Shown one piece after another: positions 55,838-64,000 of a stretch of DNA of 64,000 nucleotides. The DNA is from Phycisphaerales bacterium. Lineage in GTDB: Bacteria > Planctomycetota > Phycisphaerae > Sedimentisphaerales > UBA12454. The translations under genes and the position numbers were made by a program. The stretch lies in assembly GCA_003142595.1 (NCBI GenBank), contig PLMU01000010.1, positions 98,412 through 162,411 of the forward strand, read 5' to 3'. Below the pieces are notes generated by a model. That model worked only from the letters and a program-made list of their open reading frames with translations. It was not told the DNA's origin and made no database searches. Within the stretch, counting starts at the first letter, position 1, and each line of letters starts with the position of its first letter.

Positions 55838-55891
55838 AAAAATAGATTGCATTTTTTAAAATCAAGATTTATTTTTTAAGGAGTAAATGAT

Positions 55892-56152
55892 TTGACAACT
55901 TTTATAGAAAAATACTTTAAGGTATTGATGATTTTATTGCTTTTAATCCTATGCCTTTTATTGTACGCCAGACAGAGTATCGGCAGGTATATGCTATGTC
56001 CAATAGGAGACAGAGACAGTACTGTTCGTGATGTTTTTGTGCTTGATACTAAAACAGGGCAATTATGGTATCGGCATTTCGAGGGTAGTGTAGATTTGGG
56101 AACTTGCCAAAGCCCAATTCATAACTATACTAAAACGCCTAATAAGCAATAA
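55892..56152 (+). CDS. Hypothetical small membrane-anchored protein (islet cargo)
   Basis: AAGGAG lies 7 nt upstream of a TTG start. There is an N-terminal TM (VLMILLLLILCLLLYA). Confidence 0.35.
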   Translation: MTTFIEKYFKVLMILLLLILCLLLYARQSIGRYMLCPIGDRDSTVRDVFVLDTKTGQLWYRHFEGSVDLGTCQSPIHNYTKTPNKQ

Positions 56153-56419
56153 CGATTTTCGCCGATAATCTTCCCACACTGATAAAAAAGGCTGGACACA
56201 TCCAGTATTTTGAAATTTAGTATGGCGTCTTTTCAGGTAGCTATGGGAGTCCCAGGCAAACAGGGGTGGGGGGTGTGGTAAAGATTCTGGCGGCGGCAAA
56301 GCATTCTTTTTTTTAATCATTCTTTTAGTTTTTAATGAGTTCAAATATTTTAGATTTTGTTTGTTCAGGCAGGTTCGGCCAAGCAGTTATTATCTGCTCC
56401 CCTTGGGGCTATGAAAATA

Positions 56420-56453
56420 AAGCAGGCGTCTAAGATTAGACGCCTGCTTTTTG
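56420..56453. terminator. Bidirectional hairpin terminator
   Basis: AAGCAGGCGTC / GACGCCTGCTT stem with an 8-nt loop. T-runs are present on both strands. It lies between the islet and the convergent HD-GYP gene. Confidence 0.65.
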
Positions 56454-56473
56454 TTTAATGGGGCGATTATCTG

Positions 56474-57664
56474 CTAAACAAGAGTAACAGCGGATTTTTC
56501 GGCTTCTATGAGATTGTGAACTTTCAGAAAAGCATCGTATCCGGCATCAAAGGCATCGACGATTACAGGGTCAAATTGTCTGCCGCGTTCTTCCTTAATC
56601 ATCAGGCGTGCCACTTCCGAGCGAAACGCCGGCTTATAAACTCTCGAGCTTGTCAGTGCATCGTAAACATCGGCAAGCGCGACTATCCTTGCCGCCAACG
56701 GGATTTCCTGTCCCTTTAAGCCGTCCGGATAACCTGTGCCGTCAAATCTTTCGTGATGATAACGTGCGACATCGGCTGCCATTTGCAGAAAACTTGAGCT
56801 GGTTGCTGATTTTATTGTGCTGCCCAGCGCTTCGGCGCCGATGAGGGAGTGCTGTTTCATTATGTCGAATTCCTCGTCCGTCAGCGAGCCGGGCTTGAGC
56901 AGAATACTGTCGGGGATTCCGACTTTTCCGATGTCGTGCAGCGGGCTTGAACGATAAAGGTCTTCGATGAAAACATTGTCAATAAAGTCCGAATAGGAGC
57001 TGTTTTTCTTCAACTCTTCGGCGAGTATATGACTATAACTGCGTATTCTTTCGAGATGTTCGCCGGTTTCAGGGTCTCTGGATTCCGCCAGCGAGGCAAG
57101 AACAAATACCGCTATATCGCGTGTTTCGGCAATCTGAAGGGTTCTTTCCTGAACGAGATTGTCGAACCGATTTAAGAGCTCCCACTTTTCTGTCAGCGAG
57201 CAGGCCATCTGACGGATTTCCATATTGTCGAACGGCTTTTTAAGAATTAAAAATCTCTCGGTTTCGCCGAGCCTCTTGATAATTTCCTGCCAGGAGTAGT
57301 CCGAGTATGCGGTGCAGATTACAACCTGAAGATCAGGCTGAACCTTCCATAGTCTTTCGATTGTTTCCAGTCCGTCCCAATCGGAGTCCATCCTCATATC
57401 GACAAAAGCCATGGCATAAGGTATTCCCTGCCGGTTGGCTTCGGTGAGTTTTTCAAGCCCTTCGTGACCGTTGAATGCGCAATCGACATCGAACGAAATG
57501 GCAGAACTGCCGCCGGTGTTCTGACCGAAGACTGCTGCGCGAGCACGTTCGAGAGGAACGTTTTGTGTAACCTCTGAAAGAATCTGTTTGAAATCTTCAT
57601 GAATTGATTCTTTGTCATCGATTACAAGAATTCTTCGATTTTCAAATTCAGTTATATTTTTCAT
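56474..57664 (-). CDS. Response regulator with HD-GYP domain (c-di-GMP phosphodiesterase)
   Basis: REC (ILVIDD...FVDMRMD...K) followed by HDIGKV...HHERFDGTGYP. Confidence 0.88.
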   Translation of the reverse strand: MKNITEFENRRILVIDDKESIHEDFKQILSEVTQNVPLERARAAVFGQNTGGSSAISFDVDCAFNGHEGLEKLTEANRQGIPYAMAFVDMRMDSDWDGLETIERLWKVQPDLQVVICTAYSDYSWQEIIKRLGETERFLILKKPFDNMEIRQMACSLTEKWELLNRFDNLVQERTLQIAETRDIAVFVLASLAESRDPETGEHLERIRSYSHILAEELKKNSSYSDFIDNVFIEDLYRSSPLHDIGKVGIPDSILLKPGSLTDEEFDIMKQHSLIGAEALGSTIKSATSSSFLQMAADVARYHHERFDGTGYPDGLKGQEIPLAARIVALADVYDALTSSRVYKPAFRSEVARLMIKEERGRQFDPVIVDAFDAGYDAFLKVHNLIEAEKSAVTLV

Positions 57665-58961
57665 TTTTCACCTCTATTTTTTTTAGCGGAATTTCCAAAG
57701 TAAATGTTGTGCCTTGGCCTGGGCCGGGACTGTTTACAGTTATATTGCCCTGCATATCCTTTGCGGCTTTCTGGCATCCGTGCAATCCGAACCCGTGCCC
57801 GGAGGATTTTGTTGTAAAGCCTTTGCTGAATATTTTATTTAAATCTTCCGGCCTGATGCCGATACCATTGTCAGAGATTTCTATTTTCACTTTATTGTTA
57901 TCAGCTTTTGTGACTCGGATTTTGAGTTGTTTGGGCTCATTAGTGCTTTCCGTAAGGGCGTGTTCGGCGTTGTCAATCAGGCTTACAAGAACCTGTATGG
58001 TTCGGTGTTTGTCGATGAAGATATTGCCGAAATCTTCGTATTCGCGGATAACTTCTATTTTGTTTCGCTCCAGACCAGCGTTATTTATTGCAATTGCGTT
58101 TTCGATAAGCTCCGGCAGAGACACGCAATCCTGCTGTTTTCCGGTGCCCGCGTAAAACTGCTGCATTTGTATAATTTCCTTGATGTGGTCGACATTTTTT
58201 ATCAGCGAGCTTAAGTTTTCGAGAATTTCGTTTTTCTGCTGCACAAGATGATTGCCTGCTTCGAAAATATATGTCGGGATAAATTTACCCTGCGGGTCAT
58301 TTATCAGGAAATCGGCGAGGTTGTCGCTGTGTTCTTTTAGAATATCCGCCAATTTCAGCAGGTTCGGGATTTCCGATTTGGCCAGTTTTTCGATGATAAT
58401 ATTTGCCGATACGTTAACGCTGTTTAAGGCGTTGCCGACATTGTGAAGAACATTTGACGCGACTTCCGCCATCCCGGCACTGTGTGCCGCTTCCATTAGT
58501 TTTTTATAAGTCAACTCGAGCTGCAGATTAAGTTTTTCAAGTTTAGCCTTGGCGTCTTCTGCGTTTTGCCTGGCGATTCTCATTTCGTTTTCGTAGCTGA
58601 TTATTCTTGCCCCGGCCGCCATTTTACCGCGAAGGACATTTTTATCGAAAGGTTTGCTTATAAAATCGTCGGCTCCGTTGTCCAGAGCCGTTACCATATC
58701 ATCGATTTCATTTTTGGATGTCAGGAATATTGTGTAGATATAATTTTTATCGGATTGAGAGCGCACTTTTTTGCACAGTTCAATGCCGTCTATACCGGGC
58801 ATTATCCAGTCGATAAGGATAATTTCCGGCCGGCTGGTCTGGATTACGTTCCAGGCCTGGTAGCCATCCTCTGCCGCAATTACCTCATACCCCCAGTTTT
58901 GGAGGTGGTTTTGCAGGACAATCCTTGAGGCGTTGTCGTCTTCTGCTATTAGTACTTTCAT
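57648..58961 (-). CDS. Hybrid histidine kinase with N-terminal receiver domain
   Basis: REC (KVLIAEDD...ILIDWIMPGIDG...K), a coiled-coil linker, H-box GMAEVASNVLHNVGNALNS, and HATPase_c (DNGIGI...GFGLH...G). A 17-nt overlap links it to the downstream HD-GYP gene. Confidence 0.85.
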   Translation of the reverse strand: MKVLIAEDDNASRIVLQNHLQNWGYEVIAAEDGYQAWNVIQTSRPEIILIDWIMPGIDGIELCKKVRSQSDKNYIYTIFLTSKNEIDDMVTALDNGADDFISKPFDKNVLRGKMAAGARIISYENEMRIARQNAEDAKAKLEKLNLQLELTYKKLMEAAHSAGMAEVASNVLHNVGNALNSVNVSANIIIEKLAKSEIPNLLKLADILKEHSDNLADFLINDPQGKFIPTYIFEAGNHLVQQKNEILENLSSLIKNVDHIKEIIQMQQFYAGTGKQQDCVSLPELIENAIAINNAGLERNKIEVIREYEDFGNIFIDKHRTIQVLVSLIDNAEHALTESTNEPKQLKIRVTKADNNKVKIEISDNGIGIRPEDLNKIFSKGFTTKSSGHGFGLHGCQKAAKDMQGNITVNSPGPGQGTTFTLEIPLKKIEVKNEKYN

Positions 58962-59273
58962 TTTAGTTAGGAAATTTAACTTTTTACCCTATAAGGTCTT
59001 TCGTCTTTTTTATCGACACGATAGGCAGGGGACTTGTTTTCAAAGCCGTATTTCGCAATTCAGGCGGAAAAACACATTTTTTTAGCGTAATTAAGCGGTT
59101 TTATCGGAGCAAGAAGCTCTTTTTTTGCTTTATGAGTTGTTTTGGGACTCGATTTTTATAAAAACTATTAAAATTAAATAAGGGCGACGTTTTTAAATCT
59201 CTATAAATTCAAGAATTTACGCAAAAAGTCCGAAAATATAGGTAGTTTAATTCTCTTTTTATGGGAAAAATCT

Positions 59274-60158
59274 ATGTCCGCACCTAACGAAAAAAGTTCT
59301 TTTAACGGGCCGATTTTCAGCAGAAAAAAATCACTTTTGACAATGCAGCAATACGCCGCAGATCAGGGCGTATCAGCGGGGGTTGTGCAGGAATGCGCAA
59401 AACTCGGAGTGGTGCAGGTCAGAAAACATAAAGACAAAACATTCGTAGTGGATTTGCCGCTGGATGCCTACAAAAATCTGAGTCAGTTGACAAATGACCA
59501 GAAGTCTGAACCGATAGACACTTCGGCCCCGGCTCAAAAAATTACCGGCCTGATTAACAAAATTTTACAGCCCCCGCGAAATGCAAATCCTTTGTCTGCC
59601 AAAACAGACCGGCAGGATAATATTTCCGCGGTGCCGGATTTAAATCTTTTTGCGCAGGAAGAAAACATCGCCGCCGCAGGCAGAATTGGAGAATCGGATA
59701 CCGAATTCAGTTATTTCAAAACACCAGCTTCCAGAAAGGTTATGGATGCGGTAAAGGTTACGTCCGCATGGAAGATTGTGTCGGTGGTTGTAACTATTGC
59801 GATGCTGGTAAGTATCGTCGCATATTCAAAGGTAAGTGCGGATAGAAGGCTTCAGCAGCAAAAGCTCCAGCAGGCCTATGAAGATATACAAAGAATTATG
59901 AAAGAATATAAGGATACCGCCCAAAAGGCGAAAATGTATGAAGTTGATATGACAAACTGGCAGTCTGAGGCGGTGAAAAATCAGAGTGCCGTTGCGGATA
60001 TGCAGAGAGAGCTTATACTGACAAAAGACAAACTCTTCCAGGCCCAAAAAGACCTCTCGGCGACACAGCAGTATAATGTGAACACATTAAAACAGCTTAA
60101 CGACCAGATAAACGATATTACTTCGCGAATCGGCCAGGGCGGCACAGGCGGAAAATAA
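59274..60158 (+). CDS. Hypothetical bitopic protein: N-terminal HTH-like segment, single TM, long Gln-rich coiled coil
   Basis: MQQYAADQGVSAGVVQECAKLGVVQV, TM WKIVSVVVTIAMLVSIVAY, and then heptad-rich RLQQQKLQQAYEDIQRIMKEYKD... Confidence 0.5.
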   Translation: MSAPNEKSSFNGPIFSRKKSLLTMQQYAADQGVSAGVVQECAKLGVVQVRKHKDKTFVVDLPLDAYKNLSQLTNDQKSEPIDTSAPAQKITGLINKILQPPRNANPLSAKTDRQDNISAVPDLNLFAQEENIAAAGRIGESDTEFSYFKTPASRKVMDAVKVTSAWKIVSVVVTIAMLVSIVAYSKVSADRRLQQQKLQQAYEDIQRIMKEYKDTAQKAKMYEVDMTNWQSEAVKNQSAVADMQRELILTKDKLFQAQKDLSATQQYNVNTLKQLNDQINDITSRIGQGGTGGK

Positions 60159-60202
60159 CCGTAGGCGGCTTTCATATCGAAAAAGTATGCTTTGAAAATA
60201 AA

Positions 60203-60232
60203 AGGTCGGTAAAAATTACCGGCCTTTTTTAT
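60203..60232 (+). terminator. Rho-independent terminator
   Basis: AGGTCGGTAA / TTACCGGCCT stem (one G-U pair), a 3-nt loop, and a T-run. Confidence 0.65.
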
Positions 60233-60303
60233 TTTTTTATTGTTGATATTGAATAAAATCGTATGTTAAATTGTAAACTTATGTTATTTTTTATAATCGG
60301 ATT

Positions 60304-61743
60304 ATGACGTTAGAACAATTAGTAAAACTTGTTGAGACAAAACCGCTGGTCTGGCGGCCAAAGGTATGCAGCGACTCCCGGAACATCCGGCAGGGCGATA
60401 TCTTCGTGGCTGTTAAGGGCACTCGCATTGACGGTCATAACTTTATCGGCCAGGCCGCTGTATCGGGAGCCAGGTATATCGTTACGCAGCAACTCACGCA
60501 GGTCGCCTCGGCGGAGGTTATCCAGACTGAAGATACGACAAAGGCTCTGGGCCTTCTTTCTCAGGCATATTATAACTATCCCAACAGTAAACTTGTGAAT
60601 CTTGCCGTTACCGGCACCAATGGGAAAACGACAACGACCTATCTGGTTCGTTCAATTATCGTTAATGCCGGCAAAAAGTGCGGCCTTATAGGCACAATAA
60701 CAATCGATTTGGGCAGCGGAGAGGATAATATCGAATCCTCGATGACTACGCCTGACGCTCTTGAACTGGCCGCCCTTGCCGAGAAAATGGCAGGCGCAGG
60801 CTCTCAATATATGGTTATGGAGGCCAGCTCCCACGCTATCGAGCAGAACCGCTTGGCTGGGATTGATTTCAATGTTGCGGCGTTTACGAATTTCACCGGC
60901 GACCATCTTGATTATCACAAGACAATGGAGGCATATCTTGCGGCAAAGTTGAGATTATTCGAGAGTCTCTCGGCCGACGCGACAGCGATAATAAATAAAG
61001 ACGACCCTGTTTTCCAGCAAGTCGCTGTGGTAACAAAGGCCAACAGAATCTTCTATTCGCTCGAAACGGATGCCGATTTGACCGTCAAAGTTATCTCAAT
61101 GGACATTAACGGCACAGTTTTCGATATTTTATTCAAAGGCGAAAAAGCCCGCGTCAAATCTCCTCTTATTGGCAAACATAATCTCAGCAATCACCTGGCC
61201 GCGGCAGGTTTGGCCATTGGCGCAGGATTCGACCTTAAAACAATCGCCGCAGGTCTTTCAAAGCTTGCCGTTGTCCCCGGAAGGCTACATAAAGTGCCTT
61301 CAAAAAAGGACTTTACGGTTCTTGTCGATTATGCTCATACCGACGATGCCTTGAAAAATGTCCTTTCGACTTTAAAGCCCCTGTGCAAAGGACAGCTGAT
61401 TGCGATTTTCGGCTGCGGCGGCGACCGCGACAAAACTAAAAGACCGCGAATGGCTCAGGCTGTCCAGCAGTTTGCGGATAAAATTTATGTTACAAGCGAC
61501 AACCCAAGGACGGAAAAACCAGCCGCGATTATCGAGGACATCCTCGAAGGTTTTCCAAATCGCCTGGCTGATAATATTTTCATCCAGCCGGACAGAAAAA
61601 TTGCGATTGAAGAAGCGATAAAAAATGCTAAATCCGGCGATATAGTTCTTATCGCAGGCAAAGGCCACGAAAATTATCAGATTATCGGCGCAGAAAAGCA
61701 GCATTTCAGCGATATAGAGACGGCCGCAGAATTTTTAAAGTGA
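60304..61743 (+). CDS. murE: UDP-N-acetylmuramoyl-L-alanyl-D-glutamate--2,6-diaminopimelate ligase
   Basis: DSR.I..GDIFVA.KG...DGH.F, VTGTNGKTTT, EASSH, DYAHTDDAL, and the DNPR motif (TSDNPRTE), consistent with a meso-DAP-type MurE. Confidence 0.93.
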   Translation: MTLEQLVKLVETKPLVWRPKVCSDSRNIRQGDIFVAVKGTRIDGHNFIGQAAVSGARYIVTQQLTQVASAEVIQTEDTTKALGLLSQAYYNYPNSKLVNLAVTGTNGKTTTTYLVRSIIVNAGKKCGLIGTITIDLGSGEDNIESSMTTPDALELAALAEKMAGAGSQYMVMEASSHAIEQNRLAGIDFNVAAFTNFTGDHLDYHKTMEAYLAAKLRLFESLSADATAIINKDDPVFQQVAVVTKANRIFYSLETDADLTVKVISMDINGTVFDILFKGEKARVKSPLIGKHNLSNHLAAAGLAIGAGFDLKTIAAGLSKLAVVPGRLHKVPSKKDFTVLVDYAHTDDALKNVLSTLKPLCKGQLIAIFGCGGDRDKTKRPRMAQAVQQFADKIYVTSDNPRTEKPAAIIEDILEGFPNRLADNIFIQPDRKIAIEEAIKNAKSGDIVLIAGKGHENYQIIGAEKQHFSDIETAAEFLK

Positions 61744-63092
61744 CACCTCTAAATATTATAAAACTTGCTGAAATTATCAAATCCAAAAACATTCCCGCTA
61801 ATAAAATCTCCGTAAGCAGCACAAGTATAGACTCCCGCAAGAAATCCCCCGGCTGCGTTTTCTTTGCGATTAAAGGGGCAAACCACGACGGCCACGATTA
61901 TGTCAGCCAAGCCTTTGAAAATGGTGCATCTTGCGCAGTCGTGCAAAAAAAAATCGATTCAGATAAACCGGTATTGCTCGTCGATGATACAATTCAGGCT
62001 CTTGGCCGGCTTGCGCAGTATGTAAGGAACAATTCATCGTATAAAGTTGTCGCGATTACCGGCTCTGCAGGAAAAACAACCACAAAAAACATAATCAATC
62101 ACATATTAAAAAGTCATTTTAAATGTTTTTCATCGCCCAAAAGCTACAACAACAATATTGGTGTCCCTTTAACAATATTAGAAGCTCCGCCCGACAGCCA
62201 AATTCTGATTTCGGAGCTCGGCAGCAATCACATCGGAGAAATTCGTCCGCTGGCAGAGATAATTGGGCCCGATATCGCCGTCATTATCACGGTTTGCCCT
62301 GCTCATCTGGAAGGTTTCGGCGACCTCGACGCGATAATAAAGGAAAAAGTCTCTATCACAGCCGGTTTAAAAACCGGCGGGAAATTTTTTATTAACGGCT
62401 CGATAAAAAAACTTGTCGATTATTGCCGAAACCAGAAAATTAAATTTGAAGCCTTTGAAATGCCGCAAAATATTAAACTGTCCGGCGACAAAAGCACTTT
62501 TGTTATCGATAATATCGCGGTGACTTTGCCGCTCGTTGGCAGGGCGAATGTTGAAAATACCGCCGCTGCCTGGGCGGTCTGTAAAAGTCTCGGCCTTTCC
62601 GCTGCCCAGTTCGCGAAGGCTGTTGCATCGATAAAACCTGTCGATATGAGGCTTGAGCCTTTGAGGATTGGCCGCTGCCTTGTGCTTGCCGATTGTTACA
62701 ACGCAAATCCCGGCTCTATGGAAAATGCCCTGGAAACTTTGGCTTTGCTGGCGGCCGGGGAAAAGCAGAGGGCAGTTTTTATCTTCGGCCGGATGGGTGA
62801 GCTCGGCAGCCAAAGCGAAAAACTTCATGCTCAGCTCGGCAAAGCAATCGCTCATTACAAAATCCCCGTAGCACTGACAATAAAAGGTGATTGTTCGATA
62901 ACCGCGCAAACAGCCCAAAAAAGTGCCGATCACAAAATTTCTGCAAACATATTTGAAAATACTCAGCAACTTTGTGATAATCTGCATAAATTTATTAAAC
63001 CTGACGATATAATACTGGTCAAAGCTTCACGAAGTGAGCGTTTTGAGGCGGTTATTGACAGGTTAAAGACGCTTTTATCGGACAATAGCTAA
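61740..63092 (+). CDS. murF: UDP-N-acetylmuramoyl-tripeptide--D-alanyl-D-alanine ligase
   Basis: GTG start overlapping the murE stop. DSRK...FFAIKGANHDGHDY, ITGSAGKTTTK, NNNIGVPLT, and DCYNANP. Confidence 0.92.
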   Translation: MTPLNIIKLAEIIKSKNIPANKISVSSTSIDSRKKSPGCVFFAIKGANHDGHDYVSQAFENGASCAVVQKKIDSDKPVLLVDDTIQALGRLAQYVRNNSSYKVVAITGSAGKTTTKNIINHILKSHFKCFSSPKSYNNNIGVPLTILEAPPDSQILISELGSNHIGEIRPLAEIIGPDIAVIITVCPAHLEGFGDLDAIIKEKVSITAGLKTGGKFFINGSIKKLVDYCRNQKIKFEAFEMPQNIKLSGDKSTFVIDNIAVTLPLVGRANVENTAAAWAVCKSLGLSAAQFAKAVASIKPVDMRLEPLRIGRCLVLADCYNANPGSMENALETLALLAAGEKQRAVFIFGRMGELGSQSEKLHAQLGKAIAHYKIPVALTIKGDCSITAQTAQKSADHKISANIFENTQQLCDNLHKFIKPDDIILVKASRSERFEAVIDRLKTLLSDNS

Positions 63093-63097
63093 AAAAT

Positions 63098-64000
63098 ATG
63101 ATATATCATTTGCTTTCATTGTTGGAAGATTTCACTACCCGTTCGCTGGGTTTTTATGCCTGGCAGGATGTATTGTTTCGCTGCATAATGGCCGCTCTTA
63201 CGAGTCTGGCCGTTGCATGGTTTACCGGCCCTAAAATTATTCGCTGGCTGATGCGAAAAAAAATCGGCGATCGCCCGGAATTTCATAACGACAAATTAAA
63301 TGCTCTCAATAAGGAAAAAGAAAATACTCCCACGATGGGCGGCCTTATTATTCTCATTGCCGTTATGGCGGGAACTCTTCTTTGGGCAAAGCTCAACAAT
63401 CCGTTTATTCAAAAGGCGATAATCCTGATGATATGGTTCGGTGCAATCGGCGCTGTTGACGACTGGCTGAAATTGACCAGCAAAATTCGCCAGCGCAGCC
63501 GCAACGGTCTTAAGCCCTGGGAAAAACTTGCCTTTCAGTTTGGCGGCGCCGTTCTTATCGCGACTTTTTTATATTTTGATGTTCAGAATATCCCCGATGC
63601 CATGCGTTTCTGGCTTCCATTTTACAAATACGGCATACCCATTACCGGCTGGCTTTTCGTTATTATCGCGGTTCTTTATATCTCAGCGACCAGCAATGCC
63701 GTTAACTTTACCGATGGAATGGACGGCCTTGCCGCAGGCTGCGTTGCCATTGCCAGTGTGACGCTTGCGATTCTCTGTTATATGGCTTCCGAGTCGATGA
63801 CGAGAACATCGACGATGACCTGGGCCGGCTATCTTCTTTTGCCGCACATCCCGCAGTCAGGCGAACTCAGCATTTTCTATTCGTCTATTCTCGGCGCGAT
63901 GATGGGTTTTCTGTGGTTCAATTGTCATCCTGCCCAGACATTTATGGGCGATGTCGGTTCGCTGCCGCTGGGCGCCGCGATGGGCTATGGCGCATTGGTT
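63098..64000 (+). CDS. mraY: Phospho-N-acetylmuramoyl-pentapeptide transferase (3' end runs off the window)
   Basis: My translation from ATG 63098 is MIYHLLSLLEDF...TPTMGGLIIL...NAVNFTDGMDGLAAG...FMGDVGSLPLGAAMG. It stays open to the window end (301 codons). Confidence 0.9.
   Translation, partial: MIYHLLSLLEDFTTRSLGFYAWQDVLFRCIMAALTSLAVAWFTGPKIIRWLMRKKIGDRPEFHNDKLNALNKEKENTPTMGGLIILIAVMAGTLLWAKLNNPFIQKAIILMIWFGAIGAVDDWLKLTSKIRQRSRNGLKPWEKLAFQFGGAVLIATFLYFDVQNIPDAMRFWLPFYKYGIPITGWLFVIIAVLYISATSNAVNFTDGMDGLAAGCVAIASVTLAILCYMASESMTRTSTMTWAGYLLLPHIPQSGELSIFYSSILGAMMGFLWFNCHPAQTFMGDVGSLPLGAAMGYGALV

Larger units (their letters stand above)
53757..56412. mobile_element. Putative degraded tRNA-Glu-associated genomic islet bounded by a 15-bp direct repeat
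   Basis: TCCCCTTGGGGCTAT occurs at 53742-53756 (tRNA 3' end) and again at 56398-56412. The interior is AT-richer by eye and holds only orphan ORFs. No integrase was detected. Confidence 0.45.

Noticed and set aside
59225-59245. Shared GTCCGAAAAT string here and at 20393-20402 as a possible sigma-28 (-10 GCCGATAA-like) element
   Set aside because: No TAAA-type -35 lies at the required ~15-nt spacing in either case. At 20393 the string falls inside the spacer of a good sigma-70 promoter, so the match is likely coincidental.
1-64000. CRISPR arrays, rRNA genes, intact transposases/integrases, toxin-antitoxin pairs
   Set aside because: I scanned by eye for regularly spaced direct repeats, rRNA-like conserved stretches and recombinase motifs. 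None was found apart from the short IS110 stub and the features listed above.

Overview
The window reads as a chromosomal segment, roughly mid-40s %GC by eye, from a PVC-superphylum bacterium. Planctomycetota/Phycisphaerae-like is my inference, based on two PEP-CTERM anchored proteins, an H-X9-DG prepilin-like protein, dockerin-tagged secreted proteins, an extended Rho, flagellar genes and murE-murF-mraY. Most of it is recognisable housekeeping: panB, dapA, pdxJ, pgsA, ribBA, dapF, queG/queF/queC/queE, coaE, rho, lexA, dnaG-rpoD, murE/murF/mraY, tRNA-Leu(GAG) and tRNA-Glu(UUC). Signalling and regulatory genes are interspersed: a GAF sigma-54 activator next to a near-consensus -24/-12 promoter, a GAF-GGDEF protein, a REC-HK plus REC-HD-GYP pair, and MerR/FlhG/FliA. 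The best candidate for an undescribed system is a tightly coupled two-gene cassette at 13457-14911 on the minus strand. It encodes two uncharacterised, mutually related proteins that I recollect as resembling the Nmad2/Nmad3 'nucleotide modification associated' families. The cassette sits in a compositionally mosaic islet behind a palindrome-rich promoter. Four other loci deserve a second look. (1) A clear cobalamin riboswitch with an intrinsic terminator controls surface-anchored and secreted proteins rather than a transporter (46951-49781). (2) A ~2.7 kb islet is bounded by a 15-bp direct repeat of the tRNA-Glu 3' end (53742-56412). (3) An orphan FlgI homolog carries a HEAT-repeat insertion. 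(4) An IS110-type transposase N-terminal remnant has a structured leader. No CRISPR array, rRNA or intact transposase was seen. All functional calls come from reading motifs in the supplied translations; no searches were run.
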